A model generated the notes under the pieces. That model ran no database searches, was not told the origin of the DNA, and saw only the letters and a program-made list of their open reading frames with translations. From Selaginella moellendorffii (lineage: Eukaryota; Plantae; Lycopodiophyta): DNA of 42,815 bases. Location: positions 1-42,815 of the forward strand of contig NW_003314433.1 in NCBI RefSeq assembly GCF_000143415.4, in the 5' to 3' direction. The position numbers were made by a program, and so were the translations under genes. Positions 10,700-23,050 of the stretch are shown in pieces (the first letter of the stretch is position 1; every line of letters begins with the position of its first letter).

Positions 10700-12830
10700 T
10701 TAGCATATTCTGAGTCTAACAATTTAAGCAAAGTGTTGATAAATTTTTGTTTTTAATGATAGCATTTATGAGCGAGATTGATTGTAATCCATTCATTAAA
10801 TTTATTTATAGTTTTTCTTTTTATTTTGTTTCAAGAAAAACAAAAATGATGCACTGCTAAACTGTATCCATTAAATACTAACATTTAGTTGTCTTGGTTA
10901 ATTATTTTTTAATATTTATTCACATTCAAAACACACTGATCCCAATCCCTTCATCAATAGCCAATATTTGTTTATGTGGTTATTGTCAAGTCAACACTTT
11001 TAAGCTTGTTAATATATATTATCCAAATTTTGATTTCAATTTAAAATTTTCTTCCAAATTTATGGCACTTCTTTGTCTTCATATTTTAATCCCACATACA
11101 TTTGTAGTGGTTCATTTTCATACTTATTAATTACCATTATGGCAACTTTAGATTTCTTCAACTTTAAATTCATATTTATTATTTATTATTTAATATTTTT
11201 ATTTAAAAGAGATTTTATACTATTTTATCAATTTAAAGATAATGGAATAAACTAATATTGAAAAAGCTAAAACTTGTATGACATAATAAAATAGTAAATT
11301 TTACACTTTTTATTTATTAGTATGCATTTAACATATTTCATAATTACATGATTAAACTGGATCACTTAGTGAAATAGCTATAGAAAATAAAAGAAAGATA
11401 GTAAATATTTTCCACAATATTTTTTACTTTATTATTCACAATTATGGTTTAGATTTAAAATTGAATATATTAAATAAGTATGGATCCGAATATTTATTAT
11501 AATAAAAACCTATTATAATATACAATTATATATATAATTAAAATTTATAAACCATATTCTCTACAATTAAATTAACCTCTATAAATAATAGTAAAAATAA
11601 TGTTCTATAACTAAATGGGCATTTAATATAGAAAACACTAATGATTTATACAAAATATTATAAATTGTAAATACATCTCATAAATCTCATGGGAAAATTA
11701 ATACATATTAAAATAAAAACTAATTAAAACATATTTGACATTTAAACTATATTTTAAAGTTACTATAAACTATAAATATTTTGTTTATATCAAGTCAGAA
11801 CATATAATATTTTGAGAAGTATAGTTAAAAATTTGAACCAATACCATTATATTTGCTTTGTAAAGTAATTAAAGTAAAAATAATTATTTAAATTTAGTTA
11901 CTTTTGTATATGAATATTTTTGAGGGTATTATAAGTTATTACTTTTGAATAATACTTGCTTTTTGTAATATTTAATGTACTTAAATATGACTGTTTATGA
12001 AACACTTATAAAATTAAAAAGTATCTTTCACCGTAATTTTATATTTTTTGAAATAATAACTTATATAACAAATAAAAGTATATAATAACTCATCCAAAGT
12101 ATTATCATGAAATCACTATAAAATGTAATAAAACATTTACAATAAATTATAATTGATAACAACATAATATTGTTTTTGGTAAATCTTTACTGTGCTGCTA
12201 TACTTTTACATTATAAATCTTTAATTTCATATTTTTTATATTATAAAATATGTTTAAATAAGAATATAAATTTCTTATAGTCACTTATTTGTTTTTTGAA
12301 AATGTTTAAGTAATGAGAATAGTTCTAAAATTTGAAATTCCTAAATTATTATATAATAAATTAAAGTTTTTTGTATTATTTTCTCAAAAAAATTGTTTAA
12401 ATATTATATTTCACAGTATTTTTAATATAATATTTTTGTTGTATCATATTAGTTTTTAGTTAGATTTTAAAGATGATTTTTATTATAAATATGAAATAAT
12501 ATACCTTTAATGGGAGAAAAATCTAAAATGATTTAAAAAGTAGTTTTTAAAGAATATTACAACTCTAAAAATACTGTATGCTTTGATTATTTGATATAGC
12601 TTTTTATCTGGTACTAAACTTGTTTATTAGTAGGACTTAAATAAAATAAGCCTAGAAATGCTGGTAAAGTTTAGTATAAATCACCAATTACTAATTTCTA
12701 TTGTAGTCAAAGAGATTATTTGAGATAATACCTTTTTTTTTAGAACTGAGTAACCAGAATATAAACCTAATATAAAACATTCGTCCATTATAGAAACTAC
12801 AACTATTAATATTTGCTGCAATGAGTGGAA
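10700..12830. other. Extremely AT-rich non-coding block
   Basis: Visibly very AT-rich, nearly CpG-free, no credible ORFs, sharp boundaries against PPR copies. Confidence 0.8.
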
Positions 12831-12835
12831 GCTAG

Positions 12836-13278
12836 AGATACAAGATCTATGTCAGGCATTTTTGCAAAACATTAACTTGCACCACCAGCTAGGTGGTTTC
12901 GTGCATACTGACAAGCATTGTGACCCACAAGACTAGATTTTTCGCCAGCATTTTGTTAAAGATTTGTCTCTGTCCCTGCAATTGCCCTTTCATGGCAAAT
13001 GCCAAAGGCATCGCGTTCCAGGCCACCATGTTGGGCTGCGGCATTGGGTCGAAGGTGGATTTGGCCTCTCTCAAGTAGCCTTTGCGGGAGTACGCGTGTA
13101 GCAGCAACACCCACGCGAACCTCTCCTTCTATCGAAGGGTGGAGGACACTCCCCACATCGCCCAAACATTTCGATGAGCTTGTTGGAGAGGAAGACATTG
13201 CTGCAATTCACAATGCCTGAGTGTAGATCTAGTGTTTGGACGCTCTGGACGAGCTCGAGGCATTTTCTACGATCCCCA
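12836..13278 (-). pseudogene. 5' fragment of another copy of PPR 6016-7551
   Basis: DRRKCLELVQSVQTL, FLSNKLIEMFGRCG and LLLHAYSRKGYLREAKSTFDPMPQPNMVAWNAM, with frameshifts. Confidence 0.9.
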
Positions 13279-13658
13279 TTCCGGACTTGGCATATTGTCT
13301 CAGTGAAGTCTAGCAATATTTTTGTGTGTATTACTCTGTTTTCTTACTGGAGTTCGTCTTACATTTTCCTTGAATTCATGGGTGAAAAAGATCGACGATA
13401 CAGGTGTACTCGGGCAGCAAATTACAGCCATCCGTCATTCGCTGGATCCACGGCATCGCGTACGACCATGGCTGCAAGCAAAGAGAATGCTGTTAAACGC
13501 CACACGGTCCGGGGATATCATTGTTTTATGGTCTGGACCATACGTTTATAAAGGAGACGAGTTTTAGAGTATTTTTCCAAGCAGATCAATATTGTAACAG
13601 GTGGAAGATGGACAGTTTCAAAAGTTTAGATTTAAATACTAGAAACATGTTCACGTCT

Positions 13659-14075
13659 TCAAAATATCATTTTCGTTGATTTTTCCAAATCTCCGGACGC
13701 CACTCGAGGAGGAGATCCCGCTGCTGGAGCTAAGGCTTGGTCTTTGGATTCTTCATCCGAATGCTGTGAAACGAGGACGATCTCCTTAAGATATGGCCCT
13801 TGGAAATCTGGAGGAAAAGAGTTTCCTGAGCACCACTGGAACTTCGCAAAGAGAGGCTTACCATTGTTGTCGTAGGATAGATAAACAAGAGCTCCTGGAA
13901 CTAAGCCAGAATCGTACATGGTAAGCTTGGGAGGTGTTGTGTCTGGCGACAGAAAATTGGGTTTTGCTCTATGTTGGTTGCCAACGAGAGCAGTGGAGAA
14001 CCAATCAAGTTATCCATACTGAATATATCCTTGCAGAGAAATCTCTTCAATCACACAACAACCATCTCCGGAAAC
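13659..14075 (-). pseudogene. PUX1/TUG-like UBX-domain gene fragment (3' exons)
   Basis: Exon TTPPKLTMYDSGLVPGALVYLSYD, then GPYLKEI, resembles plant PUX1 (YTTPPK...GFVPGAIVYFS...PYL). GT-AG boundaries are visible; 5' exons are missing or broken. Confidence 0.65.
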
Positions 14076-14225
14076 TAGAATCAATTGAACTGAATCAATT
14101 GTTCTTTGTGTTATAAATTTTCTAGCAAACTTCCAACCTCTGCCACAAACTAAATCTTTGCTAGATACTGAAAGAAGCAATTCCAATGGATAACTTGCAC
14201 AGAATATTATTAAATTTCTAAATCG

Positions 14226-15075
14226 TTAAACCTTAGAAGAGACAGAGGACAAGAGCATTTTTATCTCAGTCAAATCCTGCTGGAGCTTCTCAAAATATCC
14301 CTTCACCACTTCTTCCACCACCCTGCGAGTGGCTGGCTCATCCCGCTCCTGTTTACAATGCTACATAAGGTGACATTGACACACATCTAAAACAGACAAT
14401 CACCTTTTCTTCCAAAGCGTTTGCCACCTTGGGCTGCCGCGATCCCAATGCTTTGACCCCCGGAACGAGCCCCGGATACAAGCTCCAGTCGCGCTCAACT
14501 GGTTCAGCAGCGGTACCAACATCGATGATCTTGACGGCGGAATTTCCAGTTTGCTTGAACATGCCACAGATGGCTGGCCCAATCGTGCTACACAGATATT
14601 GGTTGTTGCAGTTGTACATGCTGTCGCAGCCCAGCTTCTCCACGCTCCCGTCTGCGAATCGTTCCCACCTGTAGAAGTGCATGTAATACCCACACCGAAA
14701 CAGAAGTCCGTAGCAGACATAAGGCCAGTCCGTTGCACCGAGTGCCTCATCCAACGGATCTACGTGAGAATACAGCGAGACGCTGGAGATGACAGCGATG
14801 ATCTCGCCCCTCTTGGACACTCCCTTACCTTGCTGCTCAACACCGCTAAGAAAACAAATAAGGATTCTCTGAAAGCAAATCAGAGAGCTCACTCACCTGT
14901 ACTCCCTGACTTTGGATAAGTAGCGCTCCAGAAATGTTCTTGGCTCCTTCTGGCTGTTAAGGTAAACGTCCTCGAGGCCCATTCCTTTGATGCTCCATTT
15001 CTCCTTCTCAACACCGCATCGCCGCCTCTTGACTATCTCATCGATATCTAGCAGCGCTACACGAACTGACCCCAT
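14226..15075 (-). CDS. Uncharacterised 3-exon protein (about 250 aa)
   Basis: Exons 15075-14897, about 14846-14404 and about 14348-14226 join in frame across canonical short GT-AG introns; ends in coiled-coil-like YFEKLQQDLTEIKMLLSSVSSKV*. Confidence 0.7.
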
Positions 15076-15109
15076 CCCTCACAAGCCCTTACCCTAGGAT
15101 TTTGCGGAC

Positions 15110-18100
15110 ACAAAATATTAAAAAAGCAATCGTGAGTCCAGAAGATATAATTGTGGTAAAATGCACACATATATTTTTCAATTTTTCAACTGCATAAAAA
15201 ATTAAACATATTTATGAAGATGTGTTTAACCCAATGAGGTTTTGCACAAGCCTTACTCCCAGTAAGGAATCTTATCTGGATTGGCATGATCATTTAAACA
15301 ACAATCCATACTGCATTATTATGGGTATACAACCATTAAAATTTTAAGATTTTTTTCAGAATAAGAGTTATGTTAAAAATGTGTAAATATTGGGAAAAAA
15401 AATACTTGAAGTTATGTCAAAACCATTAAGTTTACATAACAAAAAACATATAGGAATAAAGAAATGATTATTTGACTAAATTACTATCTTCTCTGCCTGG
15501 ATCTAGAATTTAAATTTTGACTCAATTAACACTTAAATAGTGGTGGTATTATAATTTTATTGCAATACTAAGTTGGTGGATTACAAATCCAAGATAAATG
15601 GTATAATGTAAGATGTAACCCAAATGCATTTATTGTTAATATAATTGAGGTAAATAATATATATATATATATATATTATTTTAAACTTTATTGTTTTGAG
15701 AGCTTATGAAAAATGGAGTGTTATTCACAAAACTATTATGAATTATAATTTATATATAATGTCAATAGTATTATTTTTCAATTCTTGTGCTCACACAACA
15801 ATTACTCCCATCTAAGATCTTTTAAACAAATAAACTTAGCACAATATAAAGTTTGGTTATCAAAAGATTTAGATCAAAATATATTTGTATTAAATATATT
15901 AAAGGAAAAAATATGAAGAGAGAAGATTAAAAGAATATAATTGAAATTTACTAGTTAATTAAGATATTTACATGTTATTTAACTATAAAATAAAAGAAAA
16001 TAAATACTATTAAACTTTTATAAAGCTTCATTTCTAGAGTGTAATTTTCATTAAATTAAATAGGCAAATGCACAAATATATTTTTATACTTTATTAAAAA
16101 ATTATTATAAATTTTAATTATTATTATTTAATTAAAATTAACATTTTCAAAAAATTTAAAAATATTAAAATATAAATATTCAAGAGAAAGATCTATTATG
16201 GTTCAAAGATAAAAGAAATGGCTCAGAAATAAGAGTTTTAAGTGCACCTTATTCTCAATTGGTTAATAGTTTTCAGATATTCAGGTATAAATGTCTTTAA
16301 TTTTAATAACACTAGCCTTGATCATTTGAGAAGCTCAAATTATTGTTTAAAGCTTCCATTTGATGTCTAGGGTGGATGGTTTTTCAAAATGTCCAAATTA
16401 AAGAGGTTACATCTGATTTAAAAGGAGTTTCAAAGTAAACTCAATTGATTAAAACTAATATATGATAATTTAATTTTCTCTCACTTTGGACAGATTTGGA
16501 TGATTAGATAGCATTATATATTGAGATTTGCATTTAGTAAACTAATTTATTTTAGAGTGTTAAGAAAGTGCTTTTGGGAGAGCTATAGCTTATAACTTTC
16601 ATTCATGAAAGAGTGAATTTGCAAGGAAGTGAAAAAATTGTAAGCAACTAAATAAAATAGCTTTGAAAGATATCTATTAGGATTAAAAAATAGAGAGTAT
16701 AAATAAATTATATATTAAATGTTATATAGACATGTATATTATTTAGAAAGAAAAGTATAGGGATTACTTTGAAAAAGAAAAATCCTTTATAAATAGTCTT
16801 TTAAGGTTAGAATTCATTAGTTCATTTTTTAGTTATATTAGACTTTTATTGCTAAAATTTTTAAATAAATATCCAGAAGATTGTAGCTATCATAAAAGAA
16901 CCAAATTTATCAATTATGCTTGTTCCAAGCTGTATAGTAGTAAATAAATATTAATTTTTAAATTATTGACACTAATCTAATAGAAATCGAAAGCCCATTA
17001 TGTTTTTAATAATGGGATGTCATCATCATCCCCTCTTCTCAGAAGAATAAAAGGTAATTAATATTATCATATTAATAAGATACGATTTAAAAGAACATCA
17101 TGAGGTGGCATCAGTAAATCCATAGACAATGCAATTTATTCATGAACCATTTGTATGAAGCATTTCAATTGTTGCACATGCATAATTTCTAGAGAATTAA
17201 TTTGTTAAATGTTATACCAACTCTCATAAACTTACAATCCAATTTGTTAGAACACTTAATATAATGTATCATAAGATTGGAAAAATAAACAAACACCAAA
17301 GCCCCCACTTTATACTCTATAGGAAAGTTGTAACACCATTGTTGTCATATTTGTATGCAACCCAAATATTCAACAAATTTCATTTGAACTAGTGGAAGAA
17401 TGTTTATAAAATATTGATCCTAGGATCTAGCATTAACAACTTGTGTGGAAGTTGTGAAGGTAAACTCAGCTTTAAAAACAATATAAAATTATAATAATGT
17501 AAGAGTTTTTATGGTAAAACATTAATATAACTATACACCCCTATGATATATACATATAAGAAAAATATCAAATGACTATTTCAATTTGAATGTTAAATAT
17601 TCATTTTATGATCATCCCTTTGAAGGTTTATACAAACTATTCCATTAAACCATTTATTTGTGGATGAGAAGCACTTGCAAAAGAGTGTAGTGTATCCTTA
17701 ATCAAAATGTCAAAATGTGAAATGCCTTAATTATAAACACAAAACCATTATTTGAGAGAATTTACTCCAAACATATCACATCTTTAACCAATAGAAAAAG
17801 TTGTGCAATTTCAATGATGTCTTATATACACACTTAAAATAAGAAAGTCATGGTAAGCATATTGAATAAAGATTGAAGGCACTAATTGCAAGTGATCATT
17901 AAGATTAGTCTTCACAAAGTAAAAAAAAACTGTTCTTAAGATGATATAAAAAGTGTAAATGCCAAAACAACAAATCATTAATAAGTAATAAAAAATTCTC
18001 AAAATCATCATGAAATTTTCAGATCTTAACCTTTTGAGTTTTATAAACCCCATCCATAGAAAGCAAATTTAGTTTTCATCTTATAGATATTAGACATCAA

Positions 18101-18680
18101 GCACAACAAACATCAACATCATGAAATTCTCATTTAGAAAGTCTAAAACTCATTGAGTGATGAATAATTTTGAAGCTATATATCTAAAACTTTAGGGACC
18201 ATTTAATAATATCACTAACTAAGTTCTTCTACTTTAATAATAAAGTGATTGCAACATAATCTTTAACAATGTTTGAGAACCATGCACACTAAGCTTCTTG
18301 AAACCTTAGATTACTATTATACACTTCTACTCTATCATGAAGTAGTTCACTTTTATTAATTATAATATACAATTGATAGATATTGATTAAGCACACTTAT
18401 GCTCTTTTGCATTAACACACCTTTAAAACTAATATTAAAAGCATCCATGCATAATTAGTATATAATTAAACTCGAGGAGTTATCAACACTTCTTTGAAAT
18501 TTGCAAATGCCTATTTGCAGTCCTCAAATGAAATGAAAAACAATATTGATAATTTCAACAATGCTCATAATGGTGTAGTACAATCAGAAAGATATTTATA
18601 TTTATAAACTAATTAATAAATAATACTAAACATAATAACACTCATGCAATCATGAAAATAAATTTAAAAAAATGCTTAAA
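15110..18680. other. Second very AT-rich block with a (TA)n microsatellite near 15657-15676
   Basis: Low GC, CpG-depleted, no long ORFs. Confidence 0.75.
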
Positions 18681-18699
18681 ATCTCAGATGAGATCGATC

Positions 18700-19620
18700 T
18701 ATCTTTTCTCCTTCATGATGGGATCACCCAATCATCCACTTTGTTCCTCCAATCCTTGAGTTGGATCTGGGCATGGCTTTGTTCGCCAGTAAATCCCAGC
18801 AAGTGCAACAACTAGAGCAGCCATGGATCCTACAACTATACCAATTTTCTCGCCAATCCTAGAATGCTTTCCCAAAGAAGTTGCAGTGACGTTATTGCTA
18901 GAACAATTTGCTCCGCAACATATAAAGTCAGAACTCTTGTCTTGGATAGATTGCAGTGAACCAGCAAAATCACACCCTGTGGTTGCCTCTAGAATCTGTG
19001 AAACAAAGGATTAATTAAAATCATTCTCTGGAAGATTGTCAAAGCTTACTGGGTGAGAGGTGAGAGGCTTTTGCTCTAGAGATGGACCCGGGCTTCTCTT
19101 AGACACAGCCTCTTGAACGACTGCTAGACCCAAGCTGTTGATGAGATTGTTGGTGACAATATCGACGCAGGCAACTCCGACCAATTGTTGGATGGCATCA
19201 AAAGCTTGAATTCAAAGTTAGAAAACCTGGAAACACTGCTTTCTTGGTTTTCTTTTAACCTGGCAAGATCGAGCTTGTAACATTGCGACCACCTGAATCA
19301 GCATACAATTGTTGAGGCTGAATTGCATTCTCTGGAAAGTTTCATTCATACAATGGCACCCACACTGGCTTTCTGTTAACACTGCTGAAACGGAGCCAAG
19401 CTAAATAGTCCAAGTAGCTGCATATCTTCATGAGAGGATTGGTTCATCTTTGCTGCTTTATAGCTTATGTTGAGGCTGAATTGCATTCTCTGGAAAGTTT
19501 CATCATTGGAAATGTCGAAACCAATCCTGTACACAAAAGTACCACAATGTTTTCTCGTTAAGCTGCTTGAAGATTGGATCCAAATCCGTCAGGTTGACAT
19601 GGTTGGCAAATCGGCCATCT
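18700..19620 (-). pseudogene. Spliced gene remnant for a Cys-containing single-pass membrane protein
   Basis: Exon AFDAIQQLVGVACVDIV...PLTSHP splices to ILEATTGCDFAGSLQ...ICCGANCS...KIGIVVGSMAALVVALAGIYWRTK (TM plus basic residues). Upstream exons are disrupted. Confidence 0.5.
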
Positions 19621-20579
19621 GTTAAGAGGGGAAAACTGGATTAACCAGCTATAAAATAAACAGGTTCATGATTAACATTTACTTATAAAGATCATATATA
19701 ATTACCTACAAAAATCCCCATTCGTCATATCTTCTACTGTGGTCTTACTTTGTAAATCAACATCTGGAAGATTAATTCCTTCAAAAACTTTTTGTGGATT
19801 ATTGTCGCTTTTCCAATGGTTTTATATATGCACTAGAGAGAGATAAAACATTATGATCAACTAACTCTCTTACACCTTTATAAGTTGGATCACAAGTGTC
19901 ATGACAAATCCTTAAAATGTACACAAAACATCAAAAATTTATAAAGATATTGTGAACTTCTATCTCTTCTCTTGCTCTTTAAGTATATTTGTGAAAGACC
20001 TAGCCCAATCTTATCTAGAAGGCACTGCACTTTCTATCTTCAAGGTTCTACTCTTGTTTTTGAAATCCCTAAAACCTCTCTATTGAAGATATGTCATTCT
20101 TGTTTTTGGAATCATTGTAAAAAAGAAATATAAAACTTTTCATTTTCAAAGACAATCTTCAATAAAACAGAACATTTTTTTCAAATGTTGCTGCCTGCAA
20201 CACAACTTGACAACTTCACTCTAGTCCAATTTAAAGTCAATCTAACAAGCATTATTAGATTTTTAACTTCAGGACCTCCATACTACGTGTAGTTTCTTTG
20301 TAGGCTGGATGGAAGCATCACAACTTAGCCGTGTCAAGGATAGATAGCTCGACCAAACCGATATTTCTTCAATCTACGTCTAGGAATTCCAAAGTAATCT
20401 CGAAAAGAATACGAGCCACCAGGAAGGCGCGAAGAGAATCTTCTCGTGATAGCTGAAATTAGGGTTTATATGAAAGCGTAAGTACCCCGGACTCCATGGT
20501 GCGGTTGTGGCCGGCGCAGTGAGCTTTCAAATCAATCGATTCACTGAACACTCTTCTGTTGATCAACCAAACTGATGAA

Positions 20580-21425
20580 GCGCGCCACCCCAATCTCCAA
20601 TGCAGCATGGAGATTGCAAGTCAGGGGATTCATTTGGGACTGGTGCCGCCTCTGCCGTGGCGACCTCTTTGCGTGCTTGCAATCAGTGCTCTTGCAATAG
20701 CCTTGCACTTCGGCCTATGGGTATAGAATTGTTTTGCTTAGATCGAGAGGGTTGCAATTCAATATCCAGGTATGGTCACTGGATCACCGCATAGCCTCCT
20801 CTTTGTTTCGATGCCTCTGGTCATCATCGCTGTTCTATGGCTGCGCTGCAAGCCCCTGAGCAAAGGAGAGAACGTCAGGGTGTTCTTGGGTTTCGCTGAG
20901 CATCGCATTTGCTAGCAAGTCCGATGGTGACAAAGGCATCACTTTCCTGGGGGATTTGATGGCTTTCCTGGCGGCTGTTGCGTTTATGGGCTACATGTTT
21001 GCTGGGAACAATCTGATAAGTGAAGCTCTAGACTTATCGTTCTCTTTTTCTTTGCAAACTTGGATGAACTGTTGGATTTCATTGTTTCTGTGGGTATTGT
21101 TTGTTATCTCTATGCCTTCCCTGTAACGGCTGGAGGAGCTCTCATTCTGGGTCGCTTGTGAGTTTATGGAGAACTACCATTCCAGATCCTGGAAGATTGG
21201 TGGACCTTTTGCATGGACAAAGCGAGGTTAAAGGATATAGTTACTTAAAATTGACAAAGGAGTTACTTGCAGATTTTTTGGGCTCCAACGCTTTTTTTTG
21301 GCAATCGGCCCAAGTCACATGTTGTCAAGTACAAGGGGCCTTTGATCATTTCTATGGTTGTCACACTAGAACCTGTGATCGGATCTCTCATCGGCTGGGC
21401 GATTCACGCCTGGTACAAGCAAAGT
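20580..21425 (+). pseudogene. EamA/DMT-family transporter pseudogene
   Basis: Fragments PISNAAWRLQ, LAIALHFGLW, HSLLFVSMPLVIIAVLWL, ITFLGDLMAFLAAVAFMGYMFAG and VVKYKGPLIISMVVTLEPVIGSLIGWA, with stops and frameshifts. Confidence 0.75.
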
Positions 21426-21489
21426 AATTGCAAAATCTATAAAGCAACTAAGACAGGTTTATTGCTTTCCTCTGCTGCAACTTGAAAGA

Positions 21490-22090
21490 TCTTCATCTGG
21501 ATAAATGCAAACTTATCAATGACGATGCCATTACAGCTCCGCGATCGATGAGCTCCCTTCGAGTGCTCAACCTTGCAAGCTGTCCAATCTCTGGCGCAAC
21601 ACTAGAGACGATCTAGCGAGTAAGTTTTTGGGGTTTTCTCGTACCTATACCAAACGGTTTCTTCTTTCCAGGAACAAGTATCAAGGTGATGTGTGTTAGT
21701 ATTCCAGGAACACTGTTCAAGCAGACTTATCCAAGGCTTCCACATATACGATTGGTAAATTACATCTACCGAGGTATGGCTACAATAACATTTTTATTTC
21801 TATAGTATTTCTTTGCCCCCGTGTTATCACGTGAATATTAGTTGGGAGCGCCTATACTCACATATAAGCCTTTTCAGAGATTTTGCATTTGCGCTTACAG
21901 CCATCTTGATTGATAAGCAAGTACAATAACTATCGACTGGTTCGCAAGCGCTGGAAAATCGTCGCAAAGATTCTTCTCTCAAGGTACGATGCTTCTTCCA
22001 TATCGCTTTTAGCGCTCTGAAATGGATTTGTTTCTATCTTACCAGCTTGCTCAACGGCTCACGAGTCTTTACCATAGCCTCTTCTATTAG
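21490..22090 (+). pseudogene. Leucine-rich-repeat (F-box/LRR-type) gene fragment
   Basis: KCKLINDDAI...SSLRVLNLASCPISGATLETI* followed by short GT-AG-bounded exons containing stops. Confidence 0.45.
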
Positions 22091-22192
22091 TTGAGTGTGA
22101 TCTCTCGAGAATTCCATAGCTTCACCATTGGAAACGGTGGCGAAAGCTTGACAACCGTATACTCTTTCGACTTGACAGTAGAGAAAGAAGAT

Positions 22193-22980
22193 CTAGCTCA
22201 AGAGGTCGTAGTCATCCAGGCGATCGTTGTACTGGAGCACCTTCCTCTTGATCTTGGAAGTGTCAACCCATGTCACAAAGTCTTCCATGTTTCTCGTCAC
22301 CAGGAACGCTGGATCTGTGATTGTGTCTGGTCCTACTCTAATGTCTGTGAGATCATCACTGTCAAGGGAAAAAAAAGTTTGATTTTGCTCGTAAAGAAGA
22401 AAAGGATACGCCCTTGCTCCACGAAAGTCACAGCGTCCTTGAGATTCTCGGCAAAGTGGAGCTTCATTAGCACCACTGCCAATCTCCTCCTGAGAGAAAA
22501 CGAGAGGATCAAAAAGTTCTATCTCAGTCCGGATGGAAGATGGAATTTTTACCTGCAAATCGCTGAAGAAGCGAGACTCTCGCACTGAGCCAAGCTCTTT
22601 TTGGTCGGGATGATTCCCATGTTATACCTGGAAGAGCTCTACTCTAAGCAGCGAGAAAAAAGAAAGAAAAGTTTTGCTCTTACAATTTGTCTAGCAGCTG
22701 ATCCGTCATTTGTATCCGGAATGGATCTTTGGGATCGAGCTTCTTGAGAATGCTGGTGAGCTTGGAAACCATTCCACAGATCCTGTTATAGCTGGAAAAC
22801 CAGGGAATCGAATCAGCGCTCGCGAGAAAACTATGGTGTTACTCACTGCTTGTAATCGTCGCGGCCGGTGACTCGGTAGCGCTGCATCACCTGGACCTCC
22901 CGCGAGTTCCTCTCGCGCTTCCATTCCAAGAAATTCACCTTCTTAAGCAGCCGCTGCTCGTGAAATTTGAGCTTCCTCAT
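22193..22980 (-). CDS. IMP3: U3 snoRNP protein IMP3 (multi-exon)
   Basis: [23 protein letters not shown]...[76 protein letters not shown]. Confidence 0.96.
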
Positions 22981-23050
22981 CGCGCTCTCAAGAACCCTAA
23001 CAAAACCCTAGCCCTAATTCTTGGAGGGGGTGCGATCGAGGTGAGAGTGG
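22981..23050. promoter_or_regulatory. Compact divergent intergenic region with telo-boxes
   Basis: aaccctaa and aaaccctagccctaa at about 22992-23017, between two divergent start codons. Confidence 0.7.

Noticed and set aside
12820-12840. Helitron 3' end (CTAG) at the AT-block/PPR junction
   Set aside because: No GC-rich subterminal hairpin, and not followed by T.
22091-22588. 165-aa plus-strand ORF
   Set aside because: Antisense to IMP3 exons and introns.
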